Shown: piece by piece, positions 50,917 to 61,135 of the stretch
Layout: the number at the start of each line of letters is the position of its first letter
How positions within the stretch are numbered: the stretch's first letter is position 1
Virus record (IMG/VR): IMGVR_UViG_3300031521_000011
Coordinates: 96,001-160,000 of that record
Direction: 5' to 3' (one strand)
Length of the DNA: 64,000 nucleotides
Source of the DNA: a virus
Program-made: the position numbers and the translations under genes
Notes under the pieces: generated by a model
Told to the model about the DNA's origin: nothing
What the model saw: the letters and a program-made list of their open reading frames with translations, nothing else
The model's database searches: none

Positions 50917-51156
50917 TTACTTCGGAATTTTTGCGAGGAGTTCATTGTATGCCTTGGTGATCTCCTCTTCCTTGTTCAACAGCCACTGTGCGGCCTGGTC
51001 GGGCTCAACACCCAGAGCCTTCAGCTCTTCATTGAGCGAGTCGACAGAGCGGGTAAGCTCTGTCAGAGTTGCTTGCGCTGCCGTTAACTTGTCTTTGCCG
51101 TCCTGTACTGCCCTCTTCAGCCTCAGTAGATCGGATTCACTGACGTTCATTGCCAT
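50917..51156 (-). CDS. Small coiled-coil protein
   Basis: 79 aa with heptad pattern; GGAGG RBS. Confidence 0.65.
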   Translation of the reverse strand: MAMNVSESDLLRLKRAVQDGKDKLTAAQATLTELTRSVDSLNEELKALGVEPDQAAQWLLNKEEEITKAYNELLAKIPK

Positions 51157-51160
51157 GATT

Positions 51161-54100
51161 CTATTCCTCCTTCACAGATATTATTAAATCGCTATACTCC
51201 AATGACTGCATGCCTTGAACGTTTACCCAGAATTGCTCACTTATGAGCATCTGAGTATTGTCTATGCAAATGAAAACTGGTATGTCTCCGTGACAGCCGG
51301 CGGTGCGCACGATACTCATTATAAGCTTGGTATCTTCCTCTACATTCTTCAGCTTAATGTAGATGCGCTTTGAGAACCGGTCTTCCATATACTCCAGCTT
51401 CTCAACAATGATGTTGGGTGGGTCGTCATCACGATACCCTACAAAGCCGGATACGCACACGATTGCATCGTCAACCAGATACTGCTTGAACTTTGCATAC
51501 TCCCTTGGAAAGATGACCAGTGGGATGTTGCCAAGCTCGTCCTCAAGATTGGCGAACCCCATCAGTTCCTTGTTCTTTTTAGTTGAAGTCTCACGGATGC
51601 TGTTTAGGATTCCAACCACCTTTACCTTCCGGCCCGGCGCAGCGCCGAATGTTCCGGTGGGAACTCCGTCATCACCGAGCTCTTCAGCAAACTCCGTACT
51701 GGAGATGTTGCTGACCTTGCGGATGTATGCCTTCACCACATCGAGGGGGTGTCCGGTCACATAAACCCCCATAGAACCTCTCTCAGCCTTCAGGAGTGCC
51801 TTCTTGGGCAACTCCAGTATATCTGGCAGTACATCGGTAGCTTCGATCACAGGCTCAAATAGGCGCGTCTGGATCGCTTTAAAGGTGGTCTTCTCATATA
51901 ATTTCTTAGCTCCTCCAAGAATGTCGTACATCATACTGAGAAGCTGTGATCTCTTCACACCAAACTCATCAAATGCCCCACACCGGATTAGCCCCTCCAC
52001 TACGTCTGAACTTATGTCTTTGCCGGTGCACCGATAAACGAAGTCTGTGAAGTTGCGGAATGGTGCACGCTTCCGCTCTTCCATGATTTGCCTCACCGGA
52101 TTGATGCCAACACCTTTGGCGGCGACCAATGAGAATCGTATCTTCCCACTTTTAAGAGGAAGAAACTCCAGGCCGCCTTCATTGATTGATGGCGGAAGCA
52201 ACTCGATACCAAGGTCATTTTCGCAGTGTGCGATATATATTGGCATCTTATCGGCTTTTCCTGAGTTCATTGTCAGCAGTGCCGCCATGAACTCAGAAGG
52301 ATAGTGTAACTTTAGCCAGCTTGTCCACGCTGCTACATAGGCATAGGACGCCGCATGGGATTTGTTGAATGAATACTCACCGAACTTCTCGATGTCGTTA
52401 TAGAATTCATTGAGACTCCGCTCATCATACCCAAGCGATAGCGCCCCGGGGATTGCAACGTATTTTCCGCTGGCTTCTCTGCCATGGATGAAGTACTGAC
52501 GATGGTCATCGATTATCTTTTGAATTTTCTTGCCAGTTCCTTTACGGATCTCATCAGCGGCAGACATTGGATATCCAGCGAGAATTTGCACTGCAAACAT
52601 AACCTGTTCCTGATAAACAATAACACCGTAGGTTTCCTTTAAGATTTCCCTTAAAGCCTCAAAGCGAAGTTTGATATGCTCCGGATCTCGCTTCCCGGCG
52701 ATATACTGTGGGATGTAATCCATCGGGCCTGGACGGTATAGGGATATAAGGGCTGTGACTTCCTCAACGTTTTGTGGTTGCATCTCCTTGGCGGTTGCAG
52801 TCATACCAGCGCCTTCGAGCTGGAATATACCCTGCGTCCTACCTTGAGCAATCAATTTATAGGAATCTGGATCGTCGACCATCTTCATCAGGTCGTCGTT
52901 CGAGATATGAACACCGTAATTTAATGCGATGTTCTTGATAGTGTTGGATACGACAGTGAGTGTCTTTAGTCCGAGCAAGTCAGCCTTCAGAAGCCCGAGG
53001 GTCTCAAGCGTATTCATGTCGTACTGAGCAACAATGCCATCCTTTGTTTTCCATACCGGAACATAATCCGTTGTTGGACCTGGCGTGATCAGTATGCCGG
53101 CAGCATGCGTGCTTGCGTTGGAAGGCAATCCTTCGATAGCCATGGCGACGTCCAGCAATTCTTTCCTCTCAGGGTCCGTATCATACCACCGTCTTAGGTC
53201 TGGCGACAAATCCAATGCTTTGGCGATTGTCATCTTAAGTTCCTTCGGAATTGCCTTAGAAACTTCATCACCAACACGATATGCGAGTCCAAGAGCCCTT
53301 GCTGATGCCCTTACAGCATTCCTTGCAGCGTAGGTACCGAATGTAATAATTTGAGAAATGTGATCGCGCCCGTACCTGCGAACCATGTACTCAATAAGCT
53401 GTTGCCGTAGGTCATCCTGAATGTCCCAATCAATATCAGGCGGAGAGAACCGGTCAGGATTCAGGAAGCGCTCAAAGATCAGATTGTATCTTATTGGGTC
53501 AACGTGCGTGATATATAGGGAATACGAGAGTAGCGAGCCGGCCCCGGAGCCACGCCCGGGGGATGGTATTGCTCCTAGAGTTGCGGCAAAGCTGACATAA
53601 TCCCAGACGATCAGGAAATAATTCACGTATCCCATCCTGGAAACAATACCAAGTTCATATTCCAGGCGATTCTTATAAAACTCCTCCCTCTCATGGTAGT
53701 CTGCAAACCTTTGCGGCAAACCTTTATATGCCAGATGCCTCAGAAACTCCTCTGAATCCTTGAACCCAAATGGAGGTTTGAAGTCCGGCAGAAGGAACTT
53801 GCCTGTCTGAAGCTCTACGTTGCAGCGCTCAGCAATAACATTAGTGTTTTCAATAGCGCTCTCCGGTAAGCAACTATCCCACATTTCCTTCGGTGACTTG
53901 AGGTAAAGGTCATTGGTACCGTAAACCTTTCTGTGTTTACTGGAGATGGCTGTTTTTGCGCCGATAGCCATGAGCGCATCGTGATACCGGGCACCTTCAG
54001 GCTCAATATAATGGACGTCATTTGTGGCCACCATGGGGATGCCGGTTTCCTCGGATAACTGAATCAGTAGCTTATTGAGCTCATACTGCTCAGGAATCTT

Positions 54101-54667
54101 GTTGTCCTGCAGCTCGATGTATACATTATCCCGACCAAAAATGTCGATGTATACATCGAGCTTTGACTTTGCCGCCTCAAGTCCATGAGCCATGATATCG
54201 CGGGGAACGTCTCCAGCCAAGCATGCCGTCAGCGCAATTAGTCCCTCACTATACTTGCGAAGGATACTGAAGTCCGTTCTTGGAGAGTAATAGAAGCCAT
54301 TAAGGGAAGCATCGCTGATGATTTTCATTAGGTTTTGATAGCCGGTCATGTTTTTTGCCAACAGAACAAGATGCCGATTGTGCCTATCGTTGTCTGAAGC
54401 ACCATCTTCATCGGCTGCCTTGCCCGGCCGGAAGGATTGTCCCTCTGGGCAGATGTAAGCCTCGCAGCCAAGAATTGGCTTTATACCTGCCTTCTTAGCT
54501 GCGAGGTAGAACTCTACCAGAGAGAACATGTTGCCGTGATCTGTAGATGCGATGGCGGTCATTCCAAACTCTTTTGCTTTTTTAACAAGATCATTAATCT
54601 TGCACATAGCATCGCCAATGCTATATTTAGTATGAACGTGGAGGTGAGAGAATTGATTGCTCCCCAT
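51161..54667 (-). CDS. dnaE: DNA polymerase III alpha subunit
   Basis: PHP motifs HLHVHTKYS/TDHG, GRGSGAGS, PDIDWD, FNKSHA, OB-fold C-terminus. Confidence 0.97.
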   Translation of the reverse strand: MGSNQFSHLHVHTKYSIGDAMCKINDLVKKAKEFGMTAIASTDHGNMFSLVEFYLAAKKAGIKPILGCEAYICPEGQSFRPGKAADEDGASDNDRHNRHLVLLAKNMTGYQNLMKIISDASLNGFYYSPRTDFSILRKYSEGLIALTACLAGDVPRDIMAHGLEAAKSKLDVYIDIFGRDNVYIELQDNKIPEQYELNKLLIQLSEETGIPMVATNDVHYIEPEGARYHDALMAIGAKTAISSKHRKVYGTNDLYLKSPKEMWDSCLPESAIENTNVIAERCNVELQTGKFLLPDFKPPFGFKDSEEFLRHLAYKGLPQRFADYHEREEFYKNRLEYELGIVSRMGYVNYFLIVWDYVSFAATLGAIPSPGRGSGAGSLLSYSLYITHVDPIRYNLIFERFLNPDRFSPPDIDWDIQDDLRQQLIEYMVRRYGRDHISQIITFGTYAARNAVRASARALGLAYRVGDEVSKAIPKELKMTIAKALDLSPDLRRWYDTDPERKELLDVAMAIEGLPSNASTHAAGILITPGPTTDYVPVWKTKDGIVAQYDMNTLETLGLLKADLLGLKTLTVVSNTIKNIALNYGVHISNDDLMKMVDDPDSYKLIAQGRTQGIFQLEGAGMTATAKEMQPQNVEEVTALISLYRPGPMDYIPQYIAGKRDPEHIKLRFEALREILKETYGVIVYQEQVMFAVQILAGYPMSAADEIRKGTGKKIQKIIDDHRQYFIHGREASGKYVAIPGALSLGYDERSLNEFYNDIEKFGEYSFNKSHAASYAYVAAWTSWLKLHYPSEFMAALLTMNSGKADKMPIYIAHCENDLGIELLPPSINEGGLEFLPLKSGKIRFSLVAAKGVGINPVRQIMEERKRAPFRNFTDFVYRCTGKDISSDVVEGLIRCGAFDEFGVKRSQLLSMMYDILGGAKKLYEKTTFKAIQTRLFEPVIEATDVLPDILELPKKALLKAERGSMGVYVTGHPLDVVKAYIRKVSNISSTEFAEELGDDGVPTGTFGAAPGRKVKVVGILNSIRETSTKKNKELMGFANLEDELGNIPLVIFPREYAKFKQYLVDDAIVCVSGFVGYRDDDPPNIIVEKLEYMEDRFSKRIYIKLKNVEEDTKLIMSIVRTAGCHGDIPVFICIDNTQMLISEQFWVNVQGMQSLEYSDLIISVKEE

Positions 54668-54682
54668 TCAGGAACCATCCCC

Positions 54683-55999
54683 TTACACTAGATTTTGCTT
54701 GATACGCTCGAGGTCATCCTTACCGATTTCACCGAAGCACACCGGGCACTTGCCGGCGGCAGCCACTGCATCCTGGTATCCACTTACACTTTCGTCAAAG
54801 GCATACTGTATGTTCTTGATAGTATTCGATGTGGTGCGCTGCCTCAGCTCCGTATTGATGAGCCTTGTTTGAATATCGAATACCTTCCCATGCCCCCTGA
54901 CAATTGTCTGCAGATTATCAAATAGCAGTGAAGCCTCACCCATTCCATTGTAAGTATCGACAACAGTCTGATTTGTGTCAACCTTTTTCTTAGCCTCGGA
55001 TAGGGCGCTTGTTTTATTTCTTATATTTCCATAGATTGCCAGTTTCTGCATAAGTTCATCAAGCTGGACAAGGAGTGTACCACAATCCTTGTATTTTTCT
55101 AGGGTAATATTTGCTGCATTCAGCCTACCCTGCTCATTTTCCCTTTTATTATAGACAGACAGGACGGCCTTGTAATTCATGAGTATGTCGGCCAGCTTGC
55201 TTACGTCGTCAGCCATGGTGTCAAATACCTGATAGGATTTGATGCGAGCTTCCTGGGCAGCCTGCTCTTGAGTTGCCTTCTGCCACCGGCTATCAAGAGC
55301 AAATACTGTCGTGAAATCATCGAATTCAAGTTCTAGCGCACTCATCGCCAGCTTGACTTCACTGAGTACTTGCCCAATCGCATCAAGCCCGTCATACGCC
55401 TTTAACGACTCTTCCAGCTTGATGATATCCTTATCAAGGTCCGTCGTCTTGATTTTGTTGACTCTGACGTCGGAGTTCACATCCTTAATGGCGGCATCCA
55501 GGATTCCCGTGTGGGCTACAGCGCCAATCATATCAGCTCTGGTTCCGGAGCTCTCCTGCAGCATGAAGGGCCCGTCTAGCTGATCAGCCATGTTGAGTGA
55601 AACCACAGAGGAACCTATATTCACCTGTATCATCCCGTGGGCGACCAGCACTTCCTCCGGCGGATTTACACCAAAAGATTCAAAATGCTGAGTCCTGCCA
55701 TCAGGGTATGTGATGTCATATGCATTTGGCGACGTGACACCTCTGGTGCGGGTGATGATTGTTCCATCGCTGAACTCAGCGATTACGATACACTTGGTAG
55801 CGCCGTTGCGGATGTATTCGGTGCCGGACGGCTTGTTGTACAGCACCCACTTGATAGCACGCACGATAGCGCTTTTGCCATTATCTGTGGGGCCAACGAT
55901 GGCGTTCATAAAGTCATCAAAAAGGACCGTCGTCGATTCGTGGCTTTGGAAATTGATCAGAGCCAGTTTGACCAGGCGCTTGGGTTGGAATTTCCTCAT
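54683..55999 (-). CDS. Rad50/SbcC-like ATPase, N-terminal half with Zn hook
   Basis: NFQSH, Walker A GPTDNGKS, Q-loop, coiled coil ending in CPVC. Confidence 0.85.
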   Translation of the reverse strand: MRKFQPKRLVKLALINFQSHESTTVLFDDFMNAIVGPTDNGKSAIVRAIKWVLYNKPSGTEYIRNGATKCIVIAEFSDGTIITRTRGVTSPNAYDITYPDGRTQHFESFGVNPPEEVLVAHGMIQVNIGSSVVSLNMADQLDGPFMLQESSGTRADMIGAVAHTGILDAAIKDVNSDVRVNKIKTTDLDKDIIKLEESLKAYDGLDAIGQVLSEVKLAMSALELEFDDFTTVFALDSRWQKATQEQAAQEARIKSYQVFDTMADDVSKLADILMNYKAVLSVYNKRENEQGRLNAANITLEKYKDCGTLLVQLDELMQKLAIYGNIRNKTSALSEAKKKVDTNQTVVDTYNGMGEASLLFDNLQTIVRGHGKVFDIQTRLINTELRQRTTSNTIKNIQYAFDESVSGYQDAVAAAGKCPVCFGEIGKDDLERIKQNLV

Positions 56000-56267
56000 A
56001 ATTACCTACCTCCTCACGATATTTTTTCTCAAATTCAATGAGAGTCTTAATTTGGGCATCTATGTGTTTGCGAGCAGCGTCTGAATAGCGGTAAGAATAT
56101 CCAATTATACATCCGCCAATAGCAATTTGAGTGTCACCATAAAGGAACTCATATGAATAGCAGTTATTCGGACACACTTGCTGTTCTTCGCATACACCGA
56201 AATTCTCAGTATACACCGAGACCTTCATGTCGGCACCACATATCGGGCATGGGTGACCATCATTCAT
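55917..56267 (-). CDS. Hypothetical Cys-containing protein
   Basis: CPICG...CPNNC; coupled to upstream gene; 3' end overlaps next gene. Confidence 0.5.
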   Translation of the reverse strand: MNDGHPCPICGADMKVSVYTENFGVCEEQQVCPNNCYSYEFLYGDTQIAIGGCIIGYSYRYSDAARKHIDAQIKTLIEFEKKYREEVGNYEEIPTQAPGQTGSDQFPKPRIDDGPF

Positions 56268-56995
56268 TTTTTAGAATCCTCCTTCACTTTGATAGCCCTG
56301 TGTACTATGTCGAAAATCGGCTCATCATTCATATTTCCGACAGATTGTTCTTTCTGGCTTTCGTAGGAATAGTCACATCCGAACATCACATCTCCGATAG
56401 CGCTGATATATAACACATCAACATTAACTTCCTGATCAGTGAAGGTGTTCATGGAATACTGGTCTTGCGCCATAGAATCACCGAGTCCCCACTCGATTGC
56501 ATTGCCTTCCTCGATGAGGTGCTCTCCCTCTATATTGACTTTATCGTACGGCCTATAAAACACCAGCGCTTTATATTTTGATTGCGCAACCATGTCGCAC
56601 TGCTCATGAAATGGATCCTCAGAAACAGCAAGACCACAGTAAGCGTCTTCAAGTGTTCTAATCATCACCATATGCCCATAGAGACTAATGAGAGAATCTA
56701 CCATTTCTTCACTGTACACTTTGGCATTTGTGACGATGTAAAATCCATCCACATCAATTTTTCTATAAATGATGCGATCCACAAAATACTTGATAACATT
56801 GGATGCAAGGCTAGGTTCTCCGCCAGTAAATGCGATGCTGGAAAATGTAACCTGGTCCAGTATACTGTCGATCATTTCAAATCCCATATCGCGAGGCTCT
56901 GCTGGACCACGCAGGCAATGCCGACATTCCATATTGCAGCGCCGGGTCACTTCCACAACCAGGTTGCTACAGAGTGTTCTGCGATCCCTAGTCAT
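56264..56995 (-). CDS. Radical SAM protein
   Basis: CNMECRHC, FTGGEP, IVTNA; short twitch-like C-terminus. Confidence 0.85.
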   Translation of the reverse strand: MTRDRRTLCSNLVVEVTRRCNMECRHCLRGPAEPRDMGFEMIDSILDQVTFSSIAFTGGEPSLASNVIKYFVDRIIYRKIDVDGFYIVTNAKVYSEEMVDSLISLYGHMVMIRTLEDAYCGLAVSEDPFHEQCDMVAQSKYKALVFYRPYDKVNIEGEHLIEEGNAIEWGLGDSMAQDQYSMNTFTDQEVNVDVLYISAIGDVMFGCDYSYESQKEQSVGNMNDEPIFDIVHRAIKVKEDSKK

Positions 56996-57226
56996 TTACT
57001 TGAATCTCTCCCTTCTAACCCCATGTTCGATACCTTTTTCATACCAACGCTTGTAGATATCACCAACTTCGCCGAGGCAGTTTTTACACTGCCATTTCTT
57101 GTCGTATGGTTTTTGCGGAGTGATGTCCGTCACGAACTCATGATATTTGCAGGAATCAAGCTTTCTATGGTTTGCCTGAACCTGTTCCCATATTTTTCTA
57201 CTATCCACGTTCACCATTTGTCCCAT
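56996..57226 (-). CDS. Hypothetical small Zn-binding protein
   Basis: CKYHEF...WQCKNCLG. Confidence 0.6.
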   Translation of the reverse strand: MGQMVNVDSRKIWEQVQANHRKLDSCKYHEFVTDITPQKPYDKKWQCKNCLGEVGDIYKRWYEKGIEHGVRRERFK

Positions 57227-57453
57227 TCATCCTCCCGGCCAGCGTTATATATTCGTTCACAGTGAATTTCCATCCATTTACAGGTCCATATTGGAGATGT
57301 TTTGTTTGGCCACTCCAGTTTTCCTTTTCCCGTACCGAACGCATAGCAATCAATGCATTTCGGTACGGGCGGATTTTTTAAACTGCAGTCATCGCAGCTT
57401 CTTTTTTTGAAGATAGGGCATTCGTCATTGCATAACCTTTGCCTCAGATCCAT
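57211..57453 (-). CDS. Hypothetical Cys-rich small protein
   Basis: 80 aa with GAGGT RBS. Confidence 0.55.
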   Translation of the reverse strand: MDLRQRLCNDECPIFKKRSCDDCSLKNPPVPKCIDCYAFGTGKGKLEWPNKTSPIWTCKWMEIHCERIYNAGREDEWDKW

Positions 57454-57485
57454 CGTAATACCTCACTACACGCTCCAGGAGCGCC

Positions 57486-58484
57486 TCAGATACGCTCCAT
57501 TGCCCCTAGTATGCTTATTATGCTGAAGTCTATCCCTGCTGTAGCGTCGTTCGCCTGAGCGCATCCAGCGATCTTAGCGTCTATAGCATCACTAAAGTGC
57601 AAAAGCGTGTCCTCCAGCGTCTTTGGCCGCGGCACTCCCCAAATACCATGATGGGATAGAACGCTCTGCTGAAGGTCACGAAGCTGCTCGGCATCCAAGC
57701 CGTCAGCACCAAGGCTGTCGTTGATGTCGTCAGAGAAGCTGATAAAGGTGAATCTATGGTCCATCAGCACGTTTTTGCGATAGATACCTGTCTTGAACTC
57801 ATATTCTTTAGTCTTGCAGATATCATGAAGGATTGCTTTGGCGCGCAGCCGGCTGGGGTTGATGACGGATGATGCGTCAGTGCAGCCGATCAGCGCAGAG
57901 TCGCAGTAGCAGTAATTCTGAATTATGCAATCAATCATTGTCAGCACGCCAAAGGTATGTACGAACAGGCCGCCCTGCTTGTTCTGATGATGTTTACTGG
58001 CAGCTACGCAGGTTGTGAAGTCTTTCCAGCGTTCTCTCTCTTCTGCGCTTTGATAGACTTCTCCACCATCCTGGTAGCCTATCGCCGCTCGTACAAAGCG
58101 CTGGTACGGCTGATCCAATGCGGCAACAATCCTGCCAAAACACTCCCACATGCTTTCAGGTATGTCGTATTTTGCGATGTATAGCGACATATCCTCTTTC
58201 ATCGGATCCAGAACTTCAAAACCCTCAGGATTAATTTGTCTCTTTCCTTGATACTCACCCACCGCCCCGATGACGCGAATGAGATCGCCTTGCTTGAGTT
58301 TCTCATTGCGCTCTTCGACCTTTTTCCATACAGGAAACTCTATGACAGCATCCGAGTCGCCAAGTAGGATTGTGAGGTACTGGGTGCTATTCGCCCCATA
58401 TGACCTAAGAGACTTGCTTTGAATAACTCCATTAACATCACAGTAGGAGTTCAGTGGTGCATCGAATATTTCACTTATTCGCAT
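57486..58484 (-). CDS. yhaM: YhaM-like 3'-5' exoribonuclease (OB + HD domain)
   Basis: OB-fold N-terminus, AASKHHQ...GGLFVHT, LHDICK, SHHG, HFSDAIDAK. Confidence 0.8.
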   Translation of the reverse strand: MRISEIFDAPLNSYCDVNGVIQSKSLRSYGANSTQYLTILLGDSDAVIEFPVWKKVEERNEKLKQGDLIRVIGAVGEYQGKRQINPEGFEVLDPMKEDMSLYIAKYDIPESMWECFGRIVAALDQPYQRFVRAAIGYQDGGEVYQSAEERERWKDFTTCVAASKHHQNKQGGLFVHTFGVLTMIDCIIQNYCYCDSALIGCTDASSVINPSRLRAKAILHDICKTKEYEFKTGIYRKNVLMDHRFTFISFSDDINDSLGADGLDAEQLRDLQQSVLSHHGIWGVPRPKTLEDTLLHFSDAIDAKIAGCAQANDATAGIDFSIISILGAMERI

Positions 58485-58507
58485 ATGTATCCTCCAAAAA
58501 ATAGAAT

Positions 58508-58538
58508 TTGCCGGGTACGATAGGTTCGTACCCGGCAA
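58508..58538 (-). terminator. Stem-loop terminator after DUF932 gene
   Basis: TTGCCGGGTACGA-5 nt-TCGTACCCGGCAA with T-rich tail on - strand. Confidence 0.7.
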
Positions 58539-58543
58539 TGTTA

Positions 58544-59596
58544 TCAGGCTGCGAGCTTCAATTCAAGTATTGTTCCGGCGAATCTTTCCATGTCCAGTCT
58601 GGTTTCGTAGGGATATGCCTGGGCGGCTGCCGTAATGGCCGAGATTATGCCATACTTGGATGTATCGGGATTCATGGCATATTTTTCCATTATTTTATTT
58701 CTGATACCTTCGGTGAAATTGTTGTTTTTCTTCTCGATGAGGTTGATGAGAATGCCTGTGGGGTTCACAAGAATCTCATTGCGGCTATCAGCAAACAGCT
58801 GAACCTGGCGGCCGCCTTCAGCCAGAGCTATCTGGGTGGCTGCTTTGAATTCCGCCATCAGATCAGCAGGGTCGCCGAGATGGCGCTTATTGAAGAGAGG
58901 CTTGCCGCCAATAGGACGGAAGCAACCATTCCGGCACCACTGGTCATGAACGATAAGCTCCAGGCGAGCATTGAAGTTTCCGGTTTCGCCGTTGGCGCAG
59001 TGCAGCCCGGCGAAGAAGATGTTCGGCTTGCCGTCCGGAGTTTGGCCAGCATCAAGATATATCTTATCAAGCAGCAGGCGGGCATTGAACATATCTTCAC
59101 TGAAGCTGTAATCATCAATCAGATAGCTCGTGCCGGCGATGGCTTCATTGAAGGCTGGGACAACATCCTTATTGTCCATAATGCCATACTTGCTCGAAAG
59201 GAAAGCCCGGGCCACCTGGTTGTCTCCTTCAGTGCGCGCGCGAATCAACACCTCACTATTGCCGCCCTCGTTCATATACTGCTCTTTCCAGTAATCGAAA
59301 TGGGGCTGCAGAAGCTCAACAGGGCACTTCTTGGCATACTGGGCCGGTATGCCAACCTTTGACATGAGCTGGGTGAAGGAATGGGGCGTTGTATCCATTA
59401 CCCTCTTGCCGGTGAGGTCCACGATTTCAATGGCGCCCGTTATGCCATTATTGGATAACTGGAGGCCGCTGATATCTGTTTTGAAGTCATACTTGCCAGC
59501 GTCATCGGCGGCGACTCTCTCAATCACCTTGTCGAACTTCTCCTGCTTGGCTGCCCTCTCCCCTGGGGTCATTGCATTGATGTTTTTGATATTCAT
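58544..59596 (-). CDS. DUF932-like phage protein
   Basis: ARAFLSSKY..MDN, ANGETG, WCRNG, RHLG, AITAAAQ motifs. Confidence 0.7.
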   Translation of the reverse strand: MNIKNINAMTPGERAAKQEKFDKVIERVAADDAGKYDFKTDISGLQLSNNGITGAIEIVDLTGKRVMDTTPHSFTQLMSKVGIPAQYAKKCPVELLQPHFDYWKEQYMNEGGNSEVLIRARTEGDNQVARAFLSSKYGIMDNKDVVPAFNEAIAGTSYLIDDYSFSEDMFNARLLLDKIYLDAGQTPDGKPNIFFAGLHCANGETGNFNARLELIVHDQWCRNGCFRPIGGKPLFNKRHLGDPADLMAEFKAATQIALAEGGRQVQLFADSRNEILVNPTGILINLIEKKNNNFTEGIRNKIMEKYAMNPDTSKYGIISAITAAAQAYPYETRLDMERFAGTILELKLAA

Positions 59597-59967
59597 CTGA
59601 GAATTCTCCTCCTGATTTCGATTTTTTCTTTAATTTCCTTGGTGTAAGGTACAACCTTGAAGTTTACGCCGGGATAGATGATTGCCAAGATCCTGAATGT
59701 GGCCACAACATCCTGAGGACCATCAAGAATAAGGGGACCATACTTCGGAATCATCAGTGGATCGCTGGTGGCCATGACCACAATTAAAGACATGGCATGG
59801 ATATCCACCTGCTCTTTACTGGCAACAATGTACTGGCCGTCACCCTTCTTGAAGACATAAGCCATGCCCTCCTTTTCCACAAGGTCATTGATAAGGGTGG
59901 CAAGCTTCTCTGACGGCTTTGACTCAGTAGAGTCCGTCGCGCCGGTATCTGTGTTCTCGCTGCTCAT
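59593..59967 (-). CDS. Hypothetical protein
   Basis: GGAGG RBS before ATG 59967; coupled to DUF932 gene. Confidence 0.6.
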   Translation of the reverse strand: MSSENTDTGATDSTESKPSEKLATLINDLVEKEGMAYVFKKGDGQYIVASKEQVDIHAMSLIVVMATSDPLMIPKYGPLILDGPQDVVATFRILAIIYPGVNFKVVPYTKEIKEKIEIRRRILR

Positions 59968-60247
59968 CTGTTTCCTCCGTTCCGCCTTCAATCTGAAGGC
60001 GCCTTATCAGATCGTCTATCTCAATGCGATTCATATGAGACGGATGCCAGTCATGGACCTGGTCGCTATCGTAACCAACTAAGCCGCCAAGCATGTAGAC
60101 GTACTGCACTTGTTTTCTGGTTGCCGGCTTAAGGAACCAAAGATCGGGATCCAGCTTGTCTGGATCAATCTTTAACCCATCTGCCTTAAGCTTTTGAATA
60201 GATGGTGCGAGGTCCTTTCTGTTGAGCTTCTCAAGGTCTGAAATCAA
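59924..60247 (-). CDS. Hypothetical protein
   Basis: GGAGGG RBS before TTG; PATRKQVQY motif. Confidence 0.55.
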   Translation of the reverse strand: MISDLEKLNRKDLAPSIQKLKADGLKIDPDKLDPDLWFLKPATRKQVQYVYMLGGLVGYDSDQVHDWHPSHMNRIEIDDLIRRLQIEGGTEETDEQREHRYRRDGLY

Positions 60248-60301
60248 CTATGTATTCCCTCCTTAATAAAATAAGCTGCAGTATACTGCAGCTTTAATTT
60301 T

Positions 60302-60377
60302 TGGTGCGGGTGGTGGGACTCGAACCCACGGATAGCCGCTTTTGAGGCGGCCGCGTCTGCCGTTGCGCCACACCCGC
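60302..60377 (-). tRNA. tRNA-Leu(CAA), short variable loop
   Basis: GCGGGTG acceptor, CT-CAA-AA loop, TTCGAGT T-loop, encoded CCA. Confidence 0.8.
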
Positions 60378-60378
60378 A

Positions 60379-60465
60379 TGGTAGGGGATGCGGGATTTGA
60401 ACCCGCACGACCTCTCAGTCAGTGGATTTTAAGTCCCCTGCGTCTGCCAATTTCGCCAATCCCCC
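60379..60465 (-). tRNA. tRNA-Leu(TAA)
   Basis: Cloverleaf with long variable arm, CT-TAA-AA, CCA. Confidence 0.88.
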
Positions 60466-60469
60466 TTAT

Positions 60470-60952
60470 CTACTTCAAATACCTTTGCTTGCACTTCAGT
60501 TTAGGATATTGTTCAAATAAATCCCAAATGGGAATCCTATTTGATAGCAATGCTTTATCAATCTCACTCTTTGTGCAAACCGCGATCTCAATTGTACTAC
60601 CTGTTGGCACATCATGTCCGGAGGATATGAACTTAATACCTTCTTCGCTGACGTATAATCGAGTACTGCCCAAATGATGACCGTCCATAACTCGGTTAGC
60701 CATGTCATTAATGCAGCCGCAAACCAGATACCCAGTATCTCCGGTATAATCACAGTTTAAGGCCCGCATAATATACCTGGTGCCCTTCTTTTTATCTGCT
60801 CGATATATCATCTGTTCAAGCACTGGGGTAATTGGATTTTCCCAAGCCCTCTTTCCTTGAGACCATTCAGCGAAATTAATTTCAGAATCAAATTCGGCAA
60901 TCAATTTTTCCATATCATTCTCCTTTATCCTCATAGCAGGTACCACCACCAT
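60470..60952 (-). CDS. Hypothetical protein
   Basis: ORF inside the tRNA region; likely start at MEKLIAEF after AAGGAG. Confidence 0.6.
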   Translation of the reverse strand: MVVVPAMRIKENDMEKLIAEFDSEINFAEWSQGKRAWENPITPVLEQMIYRADKKKGTRYIMRALNCDYTGDTGYLVCGCINDMANRVMDGHHLGSTRLYVSEEGIKFISSGHDVPTGSTIEIAVCTKSEIDKALLSNRIPIWDLFEQYPKLKCKQRYLK

Positions 60953-61135
60953 TCCTCTTCAAACCACTTATTCACAAGTTCCTTGTCAGCCTTATCTTGC
61001 TTCACCAATTCTTTTAGAAATGCGATACCTTCCTCTTCACTTACCTCTACACCGAAGAGCGTCCAGGGTCGTGGATTCTCGACTATTTTAGGATTGTCAT
61101 TTTCCATTCATTGCCTCCTAAAAACAAACAATTAT

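Noticed and set aside
51161-54667. Possible intein or intron in dnaE, helicase or primase
   Set aside because: Lengths are normal and no C...HN-C/S/T intein signatures or frame breaks were seen
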